DNA from: Octopus sinensis
Taxonomy: Eukaryota
Direction of reading: 5' to 3'
Length of the DNA stretch: 64,000 nucleotides
NCBI RefSeq assembly: GCF_006345805.1
Contig: NW_021834951.1
Location: forward strand, 2,287-66,286
Positions 63,789-64,000 of this stretch are shown one piece after another. Below the pieces are notes generated by a model. That model worked only from the letters and a program-made list of their open reading frames with translations. It did no database searches and was not told the origin of the DNA. Positions within the stretch are counted from its first letter, which is position 1. Each line of letters opens with the position of its first letter. The position numbers were made by a program, and so were the translations under genes.

Positions 63789-64000
63789 AAGATAACAATA
63801 AAATTATTAATTAGATTAAATATATTTAAAATATATGTATATAATCTTGTAAAATACGAAATATCTTTAAAATATTCTTGTTTAAATAAAAAATAGAATA
63901 AAAAATAAAAATAAGATTACAATTAATTAAAATATTTAAAGCAAATATATATATATAATATATATATAATACAAAATATACATTAAGTGAAAACTAAATG

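Overview
This is eukaryotic, repeat-saturated DNA: microsatellites, several tRNA-derived SINE families, LINE fragments, MITEs and a Helitron. From my recollection of the SINE sequences and repeat style it is most likely a coleoid cephalopod (Octopus-like); that is an inference, not a search result. No intact host protein-coding gene is visible, and nearly all ORFs in the track are translated microsatellite or SINE. Recognisable protein remnants come from retroelements: two R4/Dong-like endonuclease ends inside (TAA)n, L1/Tx1 RT and C-terminus, CR1 and RTE 3' ends. One 70-nt minus-strand exon candidate (22916-22985) suggests the window may be intronic. The main hidden signal is about ten type I hammerhead-ribozyme (HHR) motifs, some with intact cores and some decayed, read by eye in short non-coding elements mostly embedded in (TA)n. 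They resemble Penelope-like element (PLE) hammerheads. Most have a loopless palindromic stem III that differs between families (CG, CGCG, CAGCTG, CATATG, CACGTG, probably CGATCG). One sits in a tRNA-headed SINE and one is in a head-to-head inverted duplication. All folds and alignments were done manually and need computational and experimental confirmation.
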